A stretch of DNA of 64,000 nt from Eledone cirrhosa (Eukaryota): NCBI GenBank assembly GCA_964016885.1, contig OZ024745.1, positions 94,860,001-94,924,000 on the forward strand. Reading direction: 5' to 3'. The notes under the pieces are model-generated. The model was not told where the DNA came from. It saw only the letters and a program-made list of their open reading frames with translations, and made no database searches. Numbering within the stretch: the stretch's first letter is position 1; every line of letters begins with the position of its first letter. This document shows, one piece after another, positions 13,657 through 29,289 of this stretch. A program made the translations under genes and the position numbers.

Positions 13657-14703
13657 TTTTGTTTTTGTTTCTGATATTTTTATTAATATATTGAAATCTG
13701 TTCTCTATTTCTGCTTGATAGATAATCATGTAGAGTAAAGACAAGAATAGTATTGTTAAAATTAATATAGACTCTATATATATGTGTATATATACACATA
13801 TATGTATACTTAAATTTTTATAGCACAATGAGAATGTTCTCCGTGTGAAATAGAGGTTTGCAGAGTTGATCACGTAAATTCACATCGATGTTTGTAGTTA
13901 TCATATAAACATATGAATTTTTAAAACTAGACATAAGATCATTACTTTTCACACATTATAGATACGTGTCTCATTCAGGAATACTGATATTTACATTATA
14001 GTGCCTGGTTTTTATACGAACTAATATTTCTACATTAAAACATAGGGTTTTTAAATTCTGCCTCGCCTATGTCTGGTTACTTTTCATTTTTCTCTCTATA
14101 TAACGGCTGGTTTCTTTCCTAACCACATATATCTCCCTTACATTAATACTAGAGCTAAATAAATAAATAAATAAATAAATGTATCATTGATACGTCATTC
14201 AACGGATGTTCAACTACCTACTTTTCTCTATATATATCTATCTCTATCTATTTCCTCTCTCTATATATCTCTCTCTGTTTCTTTACATGAAGTTCTTCTC
14301 TTTATCTATCTTTCCATCTCTCTTCTTTTTTCTTCTTCTTTTTTTCTTCTTTTTTTTTCTTCTTTTTCTTCGTTTTCTTTCTTTCTTTCCTTCTTTCTTT
14401 CTTTCTTTCTTTCTGTTTACAATTTTTCACTGCCAAATCAACTTTTTCAAATACAAGTCGATGTTGAACGGTATGTTAAATCTATTTATCTATAAAACTG
14501 TCTATATTGTATTTTGTCTGAAGAAGGCATAACATATTGTTAATATGATATCCCTGAAATATATATAATGAAATAAATATGGTTTTATAAATATAGTTTC
14601 CATTTATTTAATATCGTAAATATACTCCAAATACTTGTTGAGTGCTTTTATATCAGTTATAAATATTTACTAGTTGTAACCCAACAATTTAAATATAACT
14701 TTC

Positions 14704-14705
<2 letters not shown>
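13277..14705 (+). mobile_element. non-autonomous or truncated PLE with 5' inverted pseudo-LTR
   Basis: 13277-13415 is the reverse complement of ~14478-14617; AT-rich non-coding body; flanked by (TA)n. Confidence 0.7.
14510..14575 (+). ncRNA. hammerhead ribozyme in a multi-copy pseudo-LTR family (also 13319-13384 -, 50922-50988 -, 51108-51174 +)
   Basis: UAUUUUGU-CUGAAGA-AGG...CCU-GAAA-UAUAUA-UA-AUGAAAUA; the four copies are nearly identical. Confidence 0.8.
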
Positions 14706-14781
<76 letters not shown>

Positions 14782-14783
14782 AG

Positions 14784-14969
14784 GGCGGTAAATTGGCAGT
14801 ATCGGTTGAGGCTCGGACTTGCTTTCCACCACAGTTATGTCCCTTTATGATCTGAGTTCAAATCCCGCCGAGGTTAACTTTGCCTTTCATCCATACGAGG
14901 TCGATAAAATAAAGTACCTGTAATGTACTAGGTAATTTGCTGGTCTTGTGCCAAAAGTAGAAACAATTA
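14784..14969 (+). mobile_element. tRNA-derived SINE, family A
   Basis: A-box and B-box plus central domain as at 549-735. Confidence 0.85.
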
Positions 14970-15140
14970 TATGTAAGTAGTCGACTAGCTAAGCTATTGT
15001 AACTGGTATATCTTGAAGTATCCTGAGGTAAGCACTCAACATCCTGAGACATCCCAGATTAGTATATGCAGTGAAGAATAAATATTGAAAATGGGATTTT
15101 GTGACAATTTATTCGGAAACTTTCCATTACAATGGTAGAA

Positions 15141-15207
<67 letters not shown>

Positions 15208-15427
15208 ACTCTCTCTCTCTCTTTGTCTCTTTCTCTCACTCGTTGTCTCGCTACACACACATATATATATAACAAAGACAGTGTGGTAAGATACCAGATG
15301 GACCATACTTTGGTAGTAGAGTGGGTAATAGGAAAAGAGTCAGGACCCCGACTGCTGAGCTCCGGGTAAGCCAGCGGTATAATGCATATATAGGAAAAGA
15401 GTCGGCACCCGAACTATATATATATAT

Positions 15428-15612
15428 AATTGTTTCTACTTTTGGCTCAAGGCCAGCAATTATCCCAGTACATTACTGGTACTTTATTTTATCGACCCCA
15501 TAAGGATGAAAGGCAAAGTTAACCTCGGCGGGATTTGAACTCAGATCATAAGGGGACGTAACTCTATGCTTCAAAGCATGGCGTCCGACGCTCTACCAAT
15601 ACTGCCAATCCA
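15428..15612 (-). mobile_element. tRNA-derived SINE, family A
   Basis: Near-identical to the other copies. Confidence 0.85.
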
Positions 15613-16744
15613 CCCCACTATATATATATATATATATAATGCGTGTGTGTGTGTCTGTCTGTGTGTCTGTGTGTGTGTGTCTGTGTGTGTTTGTGTGTCT
15701 GTGTGTTTTTGTGTGTGTGTGTGTGTGTGTTTTTGTATGTATGTGTATGTGTGTGTGTGTGTGTGTGTATCGAGGAATTTGTGAAATTCTAGGGATTGTC
15801 GCAGCAGCAACAATAAGTCAACCGGAGAATTCTTGTGAAGTTCCAATGCTGTAATAAATTTGTAAATACACCGTGAATATACGTAGGCATATTCGTTTCT
15901 GGTCCGGATGTATATTTGTACGTATAGGAAGACGTTCAGGCTTTATGATAAATATAGAATATGTACACCCGCAGGGGTGTTCCCCCAAAATGTATACATA
16001 CTTTGATTACCTGTACCGGCAATATTTATTAGAATGCACAGCATTTGTGTATACATTTTTTGGAGTCACCGTGTATATAATTTGCCCTCATGTAACGTTA
16101 GTCATAATTAGCAGGCAATACTTGACCAAGTCATCTTTCAGAAACATGTGCAATTGTGAAACGTATTATTGGACATTTCTAATTTAAACACATGGGAAGA
16201 ATTGTTTCATAATTTTACTTGAGCAATAGATGTCGAATTTATTGTAGATTTTAGAATTATAACGGAATGGAAATAATGTGTTGGATAGAGCATTCTTGTA
16301 ACTGAAGCAGCTCAACACATACGTATGTATGTATGTATGTATGTATGTATGTATGTATGTATGTATGTATGTATGTATGTATGTATGTATGTATGTATGT
16401 ATGTATGTATGTATGTTTGTATGTATGCATGTATGTATGTTTCTATGTATGTATGTGTGTCGGGTCACTCTTGAGTGCTACTGGTAACATGTAATCCAGT
16501 ACAACCTGTCGCATGGTCGGGTCGTCGGCGACTAAACTGGCAACCGCATCAAGTTTACTTGGTGAGGAGGGTGATTTTGGACACTCTGCAGGACAAAAAA
16601 CAAAACCTGACAAAGGGCGGAAGAACTCATAAAAGTCAACGGCCATCCAAAAGTGTGTAAATATGTATATACACATGTACATGTGTATGTATATGTGTAT
16701 ATATATGGGTGCATGTGTGTGTATATGCGCAGGGACATATAAAT

Positions 16745-17000
16745 AGTCGGGCTAGACACCCGATCGCGCGGTTAAACCACTGGGAGTGAAGGACCCCTAG
16801 CCTTTGTCAGGGCATTCTTCTAGGAGAAGGCAACTCAGGAAACTGGGATAACTCCGATATAAAATCTGCGGCTGAGTAGTTACGGATGATGTTGATCTTT
16901 TCTTCTTTTAAGGTTATAGCTACTGTCGCTCAGAGAGTGGGATTGGCTCCGTGTACAGTCTTTCCTCACTTTAAAAAATATCTTCACGCACAGGCATTGC
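16745..17000 (+). mobile_element. RTE-type 5' UTR-like fragment (related piece at ~23820-23885)
   Basis: CTAGGAGAAGG.AACTC motif recalled from RTE 5' UTRs; shares GAGAGTGGGA.TGGCT...GCACAGGCATTGC with 23820-23885. Confidence 0.4.
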
Positions 17001-17591
17001 ACGATAGAATTAATTAATTATTATTAATAATGGTATATCGTGCAATAGCCATACTCGATAACGAGGGGGCAGCCATTATCATGTGTGTGTGTGTGTATGT
17101 ATGTACGTATGTGTATGTATGTATGTATGTATGTATGTGTGTGTGTGTATGTATGTATGTTTATCTCTTTCTCTATGCTTTGTATCTGTACATGTGTATA
17201 TGCAGTTATTAGATGCATGTATGTATATATGTATATATTTATGCATGTATCGTATGTATGTATGTATCGTATGTATGTATGTATGTATCTTATGTATGCA
17301 TCGTATGTTTGTATGTATGTATGTATCGTATGTATGTAGCGTATGTATGTATTGTATGTATGTTCTTCTGGTTTTATAATTTCACAATTTTTTTCCCAAT
17401 AGAGAGAGAGTCGGCTTCTAACATAGACACAAGACTCTCTCATTGGAATTTACACAACATCAACTAGGTAGATTATGTATGTATGTATGCATGTGTAGAT
17501 ATGGGTGTTATTGTATGTGTGGATGTGTATGTTTTGAGTTGTATGTGTGCATGTGTATATGCTTTGTATCTGTACATGTGTATATGCAGTT

Positions 17592-18290
17592 ATTAGATGC
17601 AACATTTCTGGATTGTTTTACATATTTTTACTGTTCCATTAATGGATTGTACTTGTAATTTCCTAACTAGTTGTGTTCTTTCTGTTCCTGTGAAGCCCAG
17701 CTTCTCAAGATTTGTATTGAGGCAGTTACTAACATATCCCAGTGCCCCAATAATCACAGGCATACATCTGAAGGTGTAATCAGGGTGGAGTATCTGCAGA
17801 TTGTATGTATGTATGTATGTATGTATGTATGTGTGTATGCATGTACGTATATATGTATGTTGTGAATTAAAGTACACAGTTTTTCTCCAATATTCCAAGT
17901 TCAGTCATAGTTTGACTGAGTATTGTGTTGGTATATATCATGAAGCTCCAATAATAATAGATACGACACTGTATGTTTATCCTTGGTACTGGATTTGCGA
18001 AATCCTCGTCAATGGTCCGTAGATATGCTCATTCTCTTGTATCTTTCTTATTCCGTTGAATTCTGCTGCAGAACATATTTTCAATTTGTGGTCCCAAACA
18101 ACAATATCAGGCTGGTTGAGGATTTTAATTTTAGCTTCCACCAATATACATTTGAGACATCAATGTCAATATATTTATCCCTATTTGCTGTAGCTTTCAT
18201 TTTTCATAGTTCAATCAGATTGTTCTAATGGGTGTTCTCCAAGGTGCGATGGTATAAGCTTGGCGGAAATCCATGTCACACTTTTGGTAT
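17592..18290 (-). mobile_element. R4/Dong-like non-LTR retrotransposon 3' fragments (restriction-like endonuclease) in (TACA)n
   Basis: Minus-strand peptides NQPDIVVWDHKLKICSAAEF (~18060-18118) and MPVIIGALG...LQVQSINGTVKI (17593-17800), interrupted by a tetranucleotide repeat. Confidence 0.65.
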
Positions 18291-18504
18291 GCCTTATAAT
18301 CTATATGATCTGTGTTGTTCAACATAATACACATGTAAACCTCCTCCGTGAACTGGTGTATTTAAACAATTTTTATTTGGCTCGAGCATTGAGTAGAATT
18401 TTACAATTTTCCTGGGTGTGAGATCTGTGGCAGCTTTTATTTCATGTCCCTCCATCAGTTCAATGGCTATCCTAATAATGATTTTTAATTTAGGCAAAAG
18501 TTCA

Positions 18505-18960
18505 GCAATTTAGGTGGAAAGGGGGTGTTGATGTAATTGAAACCCAGTACTTGACTTCTACTTTATTTTATCGAGCTCGGAAAGATGAAAGGTAAAGTTG
18601 ATCTCGGCGGGATTTGAACTCAGAATGTAGAAAATCGTGACTACATACCGCAAAGCATATAGTCCAATGCTCTACCGATACCGCCAATCATCTGTTCTAC
18701 AGCTCAATTACATCGACCCCAGTTACATGACAGGCAGGATGAAGGGTAAAGTTCGCCTTGGCTGAATTTAATCTGAAAATGACGGAACAAATTATTAAAG
18801 TATTTTGCCCAACGCTCTATCGATTCTGCCAAGCTACCATATGCACAAAGTCAGATAATCGCAGGAGGGTGTTACTTGATGAAATCTACTGGAGCGTTTG
18901 TCTTGTACTATATTTGATATTAATATTGACAGGAATCGAACTCAGAATGTAAAGAGCCTG
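18505..18960 (-). mobile_element. cluster of diverged family A SINE copies
   Basis: Repeated GATGAAAGG.AAAGTT...GGATTTGAACTCAGA motifs. Confidence 0.6.
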
Positions 18961-19649
18961 AAAAAAATACTGCAAGGTATTTTGTCCGACTTTTTAATAA
19001 TTGTGCCAATTTATCCGATTATATTGACACTACTTGATTAACACATAGTATATCGATTTCTAACTTAGATAGAAGACCACGTGTTTGAGAGAAGGTGGGT
19101 TATAATCAATTATAACAATTTCAGTACTTCACTAGTAATGTATATTTTTTGTATCGGCCCGGGATGATGAAATCCAAATATGGGCTTCAGCGTGATTTGA
19201 ACATCAAACGTATATAATAAACATGACGAAACATTTTGTGAATTCCTCTACCGATTTTACCATTTTATTCACCACTGTCTCCTCCATTCTATTCTTCATC
19301 AATTCTTCGCTGTCCTTTACCACGGACATGTGTGTAGTTGCTTGTGTACATGCATGTATGTACGTGTATTTGTCTGCACAGGCGTATGCAAGCATGCGTG
19401 TCTATTTCTGTGTAGTGTGTATATGTGCCCGTGCATGAATGTGCTGTTCAGCTCGTGTGTATGTGTGTCCGCGCATGTGTACATGTCTTCATATTAAACT
19501 TGTGTTTACGCTTAAATATTTCTCCCGAAAACAGTACCGCCATCAACTTACCTGTTTTGTTTTTCTCTCTGTTGCTGCCGTTATTGCAGCTGCTGGAGTG
19601 GTTTCTGCTGTTGTTGCTGCAGTTGCTACGGCTACTGTTGTTGCTCTTT

Positions 19650-19650
<1 letters not shown>

Positions 19651-19727
<77 letters not shown>

Positions 19728-19844
19728 TATTTTTATCATTATTATCATAAATACATTTAATTTAACTGCACTTGTAACAACTACAAAGTCTACCAAGAGA
19801 CATTACAGTTTTTACTACTACTATTACTACTACTACTACTACTG

Positions 19845-19878
<34 letters not shown>

Positions 19879-19914
19879 CACTACCACTACTACTACTACT
19901 ACTACCACTACCAT

Positions 19915-19968
<54 letters not shown>
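19651..19968. repeat. (ACT)n trinucleotide arrays just upstream of the GPCR exon
   Basis: Two long actactact tracts. Confidence 0.95.
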
Positions 19969-19969
<1 letters not shown>

Positions 19970-20153
19970 GCAGCTGCTGCTGCAAGTGTTGGTTGCATCT
20001 GCTGATGTCATTACTGTCACTGCTGTGCTGCCTTTCCTCGGTTATCAGAAACTTGTTCACTGTCCACAGGAAGTTTCCCTCTGATTTGTCATTGTACTTT
20101 TGTTTTTGAGTTTATCCGTAGAGAGAGACACAAGCTTCGTTGATTAAATAACT

Positions 20154-20466
20154 ATGGATGTGTACGAAAAAATCAACAGCTCTTACCCAATGCTCCATTT
20201 TAAACAACATGTCATGTGGGAAGTGACTTTAAAAGTTGTTTTTTATAGTTTGATAGTAATCTTCTCACTGTTAGGGAACTTGCTAATCATAATCATCGTC
20301 CTGAGACAGAAACGCATGCGAACAGTTACTAACTTTTATATAGTTAATTTGGCTATAGCTGATCTTCTCGTCACAGTTTGTTGCAGCTGGGTTCATCTCG
20401 TGGACGATCTCACCGAAGGATGGGTCCTTGGAGCATTTTTCTGCAAAGTTAACTCTTTTGCTCAAG
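20154..20466 (+). CDS. coding exon of a class A (rhodopsin-like) peptide GPCR, N-terminus to start of TM3
   Basis: N-glycosylation sequon NSS; TM1 LLGN; ICL1 KRMRTVTNFYI; TM2 NLAIADLL; ECL1 WVLGAFFCK; strong donor AAG|GTAAGT at 20467 (phase 1). Confidence 0.93.
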
Positions 20467-20650
20467 GTAAGTAAAACGAAAACCAAACAAAAAAACAAAA
20501 AAACAAAAAAACAAATAACAACATAATAGAAAATATTATAGACATGAACATAGACACACACACAAACATATACACATATATATACACATATATACATACA
20601 TTTGCACGGATAATCCTTTCAATAATACATAGGCGAATATACTCAGACGC

Positions 20651-20858
20651 AAATGCATTCAGTTTTACTGAGACACAAAGCACCTACCTCCACACAAACT
20701 TTTAAATTGCTTTTCTTATTGTAATTGTTGATATGGATATTAAACAACAGTCTTAAGCTGGAGAATGTTGTTATTGTTTTTGTTGATATTGTTCAGGGAC
20801 AGGTCAGCAATAACCCAAATGAAATCTCAGTTATGTTGATCAACATTTTCTTTTCAGT
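20651..20858 (+). repeat. ~208-bp sequence duplicated in direct orientation at 30611-30818
   Basis: About 5 mismatches by eye; no obvious TE hallmark. Confidence 0.9.
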
Positions 20859-21101
20859 GCTATAATATCCAATATATCATTAACCTTCAAAAACAGTAGG
20901 GTTTGATTCTTCTGAAGGCAGCGTAGCTGTTTTCTCTAGCAGGTCGAACAACCGAATATAGATTGCTCCGTACTATATCAAATGTAAATATTGATATTAA
21001 TATCACCGATATTAATATAGTTTTAAAGTGAGAAATAAGATTTCATTGAAGTCTTGCAGCAGCGATATCATCTATCTATCTATCTTTCTTTCTATCTATC
21101 T

Positions 21102-21186
<85 letters not shown>

Positions 21187-21243
21187 ATGTGGCATATAAA
21201 GAAACATATCTATCTGTGGCATATAAAGCAGTCTATCTATCTG

Positions 21244-21285
<42 letters not shown>

Positions 21286-21286
21286 G

Positions 21287-21328
<42 letters not shown>

Positions 21329-22297
21329 TATCTATCGATCTATCTATCTAATTATCTATTTATTTGTTTATTTGTTTGTTTATTTATTTATTTATTTATC
21401 AAAGTGTTCTAAAAAGTTATTCTAAAGATGCTAGAGACTCTGTTGAAGGAGTACAGTGACTAGTCTGCACTAATTCACTTTCTAATAGGGATAAACTATT
21501 TTAGAATTTTTTTCAACAAGCTGACGCGTCTGTGTGTATGTGTGTGCGTCTGTGTGTGTGCATATGCATGCATTTTTATGTCTGAGTATATAAATAGAAA
21601 CGCGCAAACACAGACACACAAAAATACATGCTCCCAGACATTCACAGGCATTCACACAAATACACATACATTCACAGAAATACACACATACATTCACACA
21701 AATACATACACATACATTTACACACACATACACATACCCTACCACAGTATCAAATGGAATTGTAGCCGCTGCTTTGCTATAGTTTTTCCCCCCACCTTCC
21801 TTCACACATACATTCACACAAACACACACACACACATTGTGGGACGGGCGGACGGAAGTCGCTGAAATTTATATATATATATTTCATTTATATATCCCAA
21901 CAAAAATACACATTTACTTCCGCTATAAACTTTATGTAGAGGAGACATATACATGATAGAATAATCTGAAAAATTATTTTTCTATCGGAAAATCGTGTGA
22001 AAGTGGTAGTTCCTATAATGCATCGTTATGCCGATGTCGTGGTCCGAAAGCTTGCAACAAAACAGACACCACTAAAAGGCGTTCAAAATACTAGGTGGGG
22101 ATGTTAAAATTGGTAACGTATTAAGTGTATTTACAGAACACGTCACGGTGAGATTTGAAATTAGAATGGATTAATTTAGAATGAACTAGCTAATGTCATT
22201 CCCCCGGCACTCTAACACTTGTACCAACTTCTACAATTTCATCTGTCAGGCTTCTGTAACCCATTGTTTACATTTAATCAAATATATTATGCCTATA

Positions 22298-22329
<32 letters not shown>

Positions 22330-22464
22330 CGTAGGTCCCTTGTTGAGTCGGGGATAACCACAGTAAGTAAGGTACTCAATACATGGCAGAGTAAAATATA
22401 TTTATTGTATAGAAGGAGCTTCTACAGGACTAGTACTGTTTCATTCAGATAAAATCTTCAGCGA

Positions 22465-22495
<31 letters not shown>

Positions 22496-22497
22496 CG

Positions 22498-22533
<36 letters not shown>

Positions 22534-22541
22534 CACATACG

Positions 22542-22602
<61 letters not shown>

Positions 22603-22832
22603 ATGTGCATGTTGTGTGTGTGTGTATGTAAATACCAGTCTACTAATGAGGTCAACATAATCTATTCTTCCCTCCCCCATATTATAGACACTGTGTCAAT
22701 ATATATATATGCTTATTGGTGTATGCCTGCGTGCCTACGTGTGTTTATGTATGTGTATATATATATACATATATATATATATGTGTGTATATATACAGAG
22801 AGATAGGTAGATAGATAGATAGATAGAGAGAA

Positions 22833-22875
<43 letters not shown>

Positions 22876-23185
22876 TAAAGAGTAGAGGTACACGCTTGCA
22901 CGTATATATATGTATGTAAAAAATAAACAGAAATAGCAATACAAACGACACAGTATGATGAAGAAATATATTAGTTTAGTGCTTGAACAGGAAAGTCTCT
23001 TAAGGTTTCGGAAAAAAACGGAAAAAGACCAGTAAGAGTAATTTTATTAGCAAATCAATATATTCTCTTTATTCGATAGATTGAGTGCCTCACTATAATA
23101 GAGGTTCTTCCTGTCCCAAATGGGAACATTAACAATGACTGTGTATATATATACTCATATATATGTATATATATATATGTGTGTG

Positions 23186-23216
<31 letters not shown>

Positions 23217-23220
<4 letters not shown>

Positions 23221-23393
23221 AGTAAGTAAGACCCCGACGGCTGAGCTCAAGCCGTTTCGACAGAATTAGCCGTCGAAACGGCTGGAGCTCAGCCGTCGGG
23301 GTCTTACTTACTCCTATTACCCACTCTACTACCCTAAGTATTGAGTACTTTGGTGCGTTATGGTCCACCTGGTTCCTTACCACTTTTCCTTCG

Positions 23394-23394
<1 letters not shown>
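23217..23394. mobile_element. fold-back PLE pseudo-LTR tail carrying the 3' half of an HHR (family also at ~15272-15410, 26088-26173, 50238-50382, 54617-54802)
   Basis: GUC-GAAA-CGGCUG-GAGCU-CAGCCG-UC-GGGGUC forms stem III plus a GUC site; inverted arms; tail contains TTGAGTAC; in (TA)n. Confidence 0.65.
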
Positions 23395-23461
<67 letters not shown>

Positions 23462-23685
23462 GTAAACGGAATAGAAAATGCTGACAAATTGTTCACAGTT
23501 GAAAAATGGTTTAATTAGGAATAAAAGAGTATTAGTGATTGTATGGGTTAGTATTCAGTTGTGGTTTTAAGTTTTTAAGTTTTTACCGGTTGCGCATTTC
23601 TAAATGCTTTTCAAAAATAATTTTGAGATAGAGTGTCCGTGCTGTTTGCTCTGATCTGTTTGCTCTGATCTATATATATATATAT

Positions 23686-23734
<49 letters not shown>

Positions 23735-24083
23735 TATATATATGAGTATATGTATATGTATATGTATATTTACCAATGATGTTGACTTGTTCTTCTTTTG
23801 GTAAATATCATCTTGCTTAAGAGAGTGGGACTGGCTTTGTGCAGTGCCTTTGCTCACTATAAAAGCTTCACGGCACAGGCATTGCTTTATATCTGGAGAT
23901 CTCTCTGCACTTGTCGTCACATGGTACCATGGGCCCAGCACTATGTGTCAATAATTGTCACAAGTGCAGTGTTTGTACCAGAGTTGGCTGGACTAAAAAG
24001 TCACACTCGTTCAGCGCATCAGTAGGGGTTCTCCTACATGGATATGAAGTAGTAGCCGTACTCGAAAACGAGTTGGTAGCCAC

Positions 24084-24130
<47 letters not shown>

Positions 24131-24136
<6 letters not shown>

Positions 24137-24546
24137 GAATATAAAAAAAAGCGAACACTGATATATAGATATATGTGTTCAAAACGTAAGGGACCTGATT
24201 CGCTATGGTGAAAATAATACTAACTATAGACAATTGTGCGCTGTTTTATTTTATATACATAGCATACATAGATGTGCCTAGGATATTAATTTATCACCCA
24301 CTGATGAGCTTGGATTAGTACTTCTATTCACAATTAACTTTGCGAAACAACAGCAAATTGTCTGGGTGAATGGTAGTTACCAAAATTCCGATTTGTATTT
24401 ATTTTCTTAATATTTTCTTAAATTGAGATAAGCGAAGCCAATTGTCTCTAGTTAGTATTCTTTTCACCATAGCGAATCAGGTCCCTTACGATTTGAACAC
24501 ATATATCTATATATCTGTGTTCGCTTTTCTTTTATATTCTATTATA
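24131..24546 (+). mobile_element. mini PLE or retrozyme-like insertion with ~105-bp inverted ends
   Basis: 24131-24236 is the reverse complement of 24439-24546; internal canonical HHR. Confidence 0.75.
24294..24369 (+). ncRNA. canonical type I hammerhead ribozyme, GUC site (predicted cut after 24362)
   Basis: UCACCCA-CUGAUGA-GC...GC-GAAA-CAA-(7 nt)-UUG-UC-UGGGUGA; perfect 7-bp stem I and 4-bp stem III. Confidence 0.9.
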
Positions 24547-24629
24547 ATATAAGGCTCAGAAATATCTTTTTCTTAGAGCTATTTTGTTGTAAGAGACTAA
24601 TTTGAGTCCCTAACTCAATTTATACATTT

Positions 24630-24662
<33 letters not shown>

Positions 24663-24727
24663 GGATAGATATATACAAATATATATATAATGTATATATA
24701 TATACATATATACATTATATATATATT

Positions 24728-24783
<56 letters not shown>

Positions 24784-24859
24784 CTTATATATATATATAG
24801 ATATATATATACACTTTGGAATCCCCAAGAAGATAGTGGACCTGATATCACTGATCTAG

Positions 24860-25780
24860 ACCAACACCAAAGCCCAAGTCATTACACCTGATGGGATGAA
24901 GAGTTCTTTGAGATACTGGCTGGAGTGCTCCAGGGAGATACATTGGCTCCCTACCTTTTTATCATCGTAGTGGACTATTGTATGCGCCTTGCACTGGAGA
25001 AACACCAGGACTCTGCCTTTACTGTAACACCGGCTCAGAGCAGGAGAGTTAAGGCGAAAAAGATATCGGATGCTGAATTTGCCGACGACATAGTTTTGGT
25101 GACAAATACAGTGAAGGAGGCGGAGGATTTGATGCAGGAGGTTGAGACTGTGTCGATAAGTATGGGGCTGAGGATGAATGAGGCTAAAACAAAATATCTG
25201 GTAGAGAATGTTGAGAAGACAGAGGGGATCACTAATGTAGGCAGGAAGGCGCTAGAATTGGTTGAGGACTTCCTGTATCTGGGAACAAAGATTGGCAATA
25301 CGGAAGACGATATGGTTGAGAGGAAGAGCAAAGCCTGGGCTGCGTGCCACAGCTTGAGATCGGTATGGAAGTCGGACCTTCGTAAAGACCTGTACGGGTC
25401 TGAGACTTGGACACTGACCAAGAAACTCACTCAGATTGTGGATGGGTGCTACACGAGAATGCTGAGGATGGCTCTGAACATTAATCAGTATACACTGTGG
25501 ATGAAAAACGTAGAGCTGTATGGGAGCCTCCCAAAAGTCAGCTAAAAAATGACGCAGAGGGGATTGAGGTTAGCTGGACATGCTCACCGACGTCCAGAGG
25601 TGACATTGCACTCAGTGCTCCCGTAGGAGCCCCTACATGGACACATTGGAAGAGGAATACCAAGGTTAACATATGTTGATGCCCTAAGGACAGACACTGG
25701 TCTGTTGGAGACGCAGGACATGGCAGCGATAGTGAGGGACAGAGACCGCTGGAGAGAACTCGTCCATGGATCACGGAAAT
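24860..25780 (+). mobile_element. 5'-truncated RTE-clade LINE (RT and C-terminus, disrupted)
   Basis: GVLQGDTLAPYLF, FADD, FLYLG, LYGSETWT, then RLAGH...GRG..RLTYVD in the downstream frame. Confidence 0.85.
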
Positions 25781-25887
25781 TTTAGAAAATATATATACAC
25801 ATACATACATACAAATATATATAGATACATACATACAAATATATATACATACATACATATATATATATTTATATAAATGTGTGGCGT

Positions 25888-25970
<83 letters not shown>

Positions 25971-26171
25971 AAAACAAACGACACAGTACATGGAGGAAAT
26001 ATATCAGTTTAACATTTAAAATAGGAAAAGAGTTAACTTTTCGGAAACTAGTCTGTGATCATTAGATAGAGTTATGCACGTATATATTTTCCTATTACCC
26101 ACTCTACTACCCTAAGTATTGAGTACTCTTGTTCGTTATGGTCCATCTGGTTCCTTACCACACTTCCTTTG

Positions 26172-26205
<34 letters not shown>

Positions 26206-26240
26206 AAATAAAAATCCGAAGGCATGGAATAAATTTCCAA

Positions 26241-26329
26241 TCATTTTAATCACGACACATGTTTCAATAAGAGATAGATCGATCATGTAGCCATGATCGA
26301 TTATCACTGATCTCGTCAGGTGAAAATGA
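26241..26329 (-). ncRNA. hammerhead ribozyme in a pseudo-LTR fragment
   Basis: UCAUUUUCAC-CUGACGA-GAU...AUCGAUCAUG-GCUA-CAUGAUCGAU...AUU-GAAA-C-AUGU-G-UC-GUG(AUU)AAAAUGA. Confidence 0.75.
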
Positions 26330-27624
26330 ATTGTCTTTAAATCCTTGATATGAGGGAGAAAATTAACGGTGTTCATTCACAGAGTTTAGTCCCTCATATG
26401 AAGATCGCCAAAATTCCACGTTCAGAACTATTTTTAATTTATAATATTCCTATACACCTTCAAAATGATCCTATCTTCTTTTTTAATATTTTTAATATTT
26501 TTAATATTTTTTAATATTTTAAATATTTTGAATATTTGTAAATTTCTTTTTAATATCCCTAATATTTCTAATATTTTTTAATATATATATTTAATATTTT
26601 AATTCCGACATTATTTTAATTCTGACGTTATTTTTAATTCTGACATTATTTTTAATTCTGACATTATTTTTCTAATGACACCCCTCTAAATATATTTTTT
26701 ATATGTAGATTGATAATCTTTAAATGACATTCTGAAAATTTATTCTCTTTACGATAGTTCTTCATAAAGCACATTACGTTTTTCTTCTCTTTTTGATATT
26801 CAAACATTCACACATCTTTCGACTAAGATAATTAATCTCACACAAAAAATATACAATTTTCTCTATATATTTTGAGTAAATCACTCATCAAATTTAACGG
26901 TTAACAAACAAAATTGCAGTTATCTTTCCTTTCGCAATCGTGCAAACATAAACATATTATGTTTGATAATCTATATAATTTCGCTAAATTAACAATATTC
27001 TGAAAACATTTTCAATATTGAACAAAATATTCGAATCTACAAATTGTTCTCCTCTCACAACTTGAACCACCTACTTTTTAAGTAAAATACAAAATCAACA
27101 CCCTCGTAACTCATATTAGAAATATAAACAACTAATAATTGTAAATTATTTCTATTTCTATAATACTAATACATACGCAATTATTAATATATATATAGAT
27201 ATTTATATACATATAACCGATTTTAATGTAATAAGAAAAAAATAAGATAAAAATACTTACAACCATAATTCATCATATAATTGATTATATATACAATATT
27301 AAAACTGATAATATAGGTAAATAAATTTAAATTTAAACTCTGGAATCATATTCCTCTTTTTTCCTCCAAATTAACGTAAATGCTATCTCTTCTTCCTTTT
27401 TCTTCTTTCCTACGCATACAAACACATATCATAATTATTTAAATTCTCCATAGCGTCTAAAATAACGTTTTTTTCCAGCCCTTTACCTAAACCTAATTTT
27501 TCATACTGATCTTAATAATTTGAAATATCTGACTTTTCTTCTCTTATCCCTTCACTACCCAAGGAAAACTTGAACCGTTAAGGTATTTTCCTTGGTTATG
27601 TCAACATTTATAAAACACACTTCG

Positions 27625-27685
27625 TATTTTATCTGATGAAAGCGTACCAAAGCTTTGGTACCCTTGAAATATATATAATAGAATA
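27625..27685 (+). ncRNA. hammerhead ribozyme with palindromic stem II
   Basis: UAUUUUAU-CUGAUGA-AAG-c-GUACCAAAGCUUUGGUAC-c-CUU-GAAA-UAUAUA-UA-AUAGAAUA; downstream tail shared with the 14510 family. Confidence 0.88.
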
Positions 27686-27850
27686 AATATGGTTTTATAA
27701 ATATAGTTTCCATTTATTTAATATCATTGAATATTATACTCCAGAAAAGCTGTTGAGTGCTCTGAACTAGTTATAAACATTTATATTTGTTGAATTTCTA
27801 ACAAATTGAATATCCCTTCTGCTTATATATATAATATGTATATATATATG

Positions 27851-29284
<1,434 letters not shown>

Positions 29285-29289
<5 letters not shown>

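Noticed and set aside
20467-20474. GPCR ORF ending GK-stop as a truncated receptor or pseudogene
   Set aside because: The stop lies just inside a consensus GTAAGT donor, so it is intronic.
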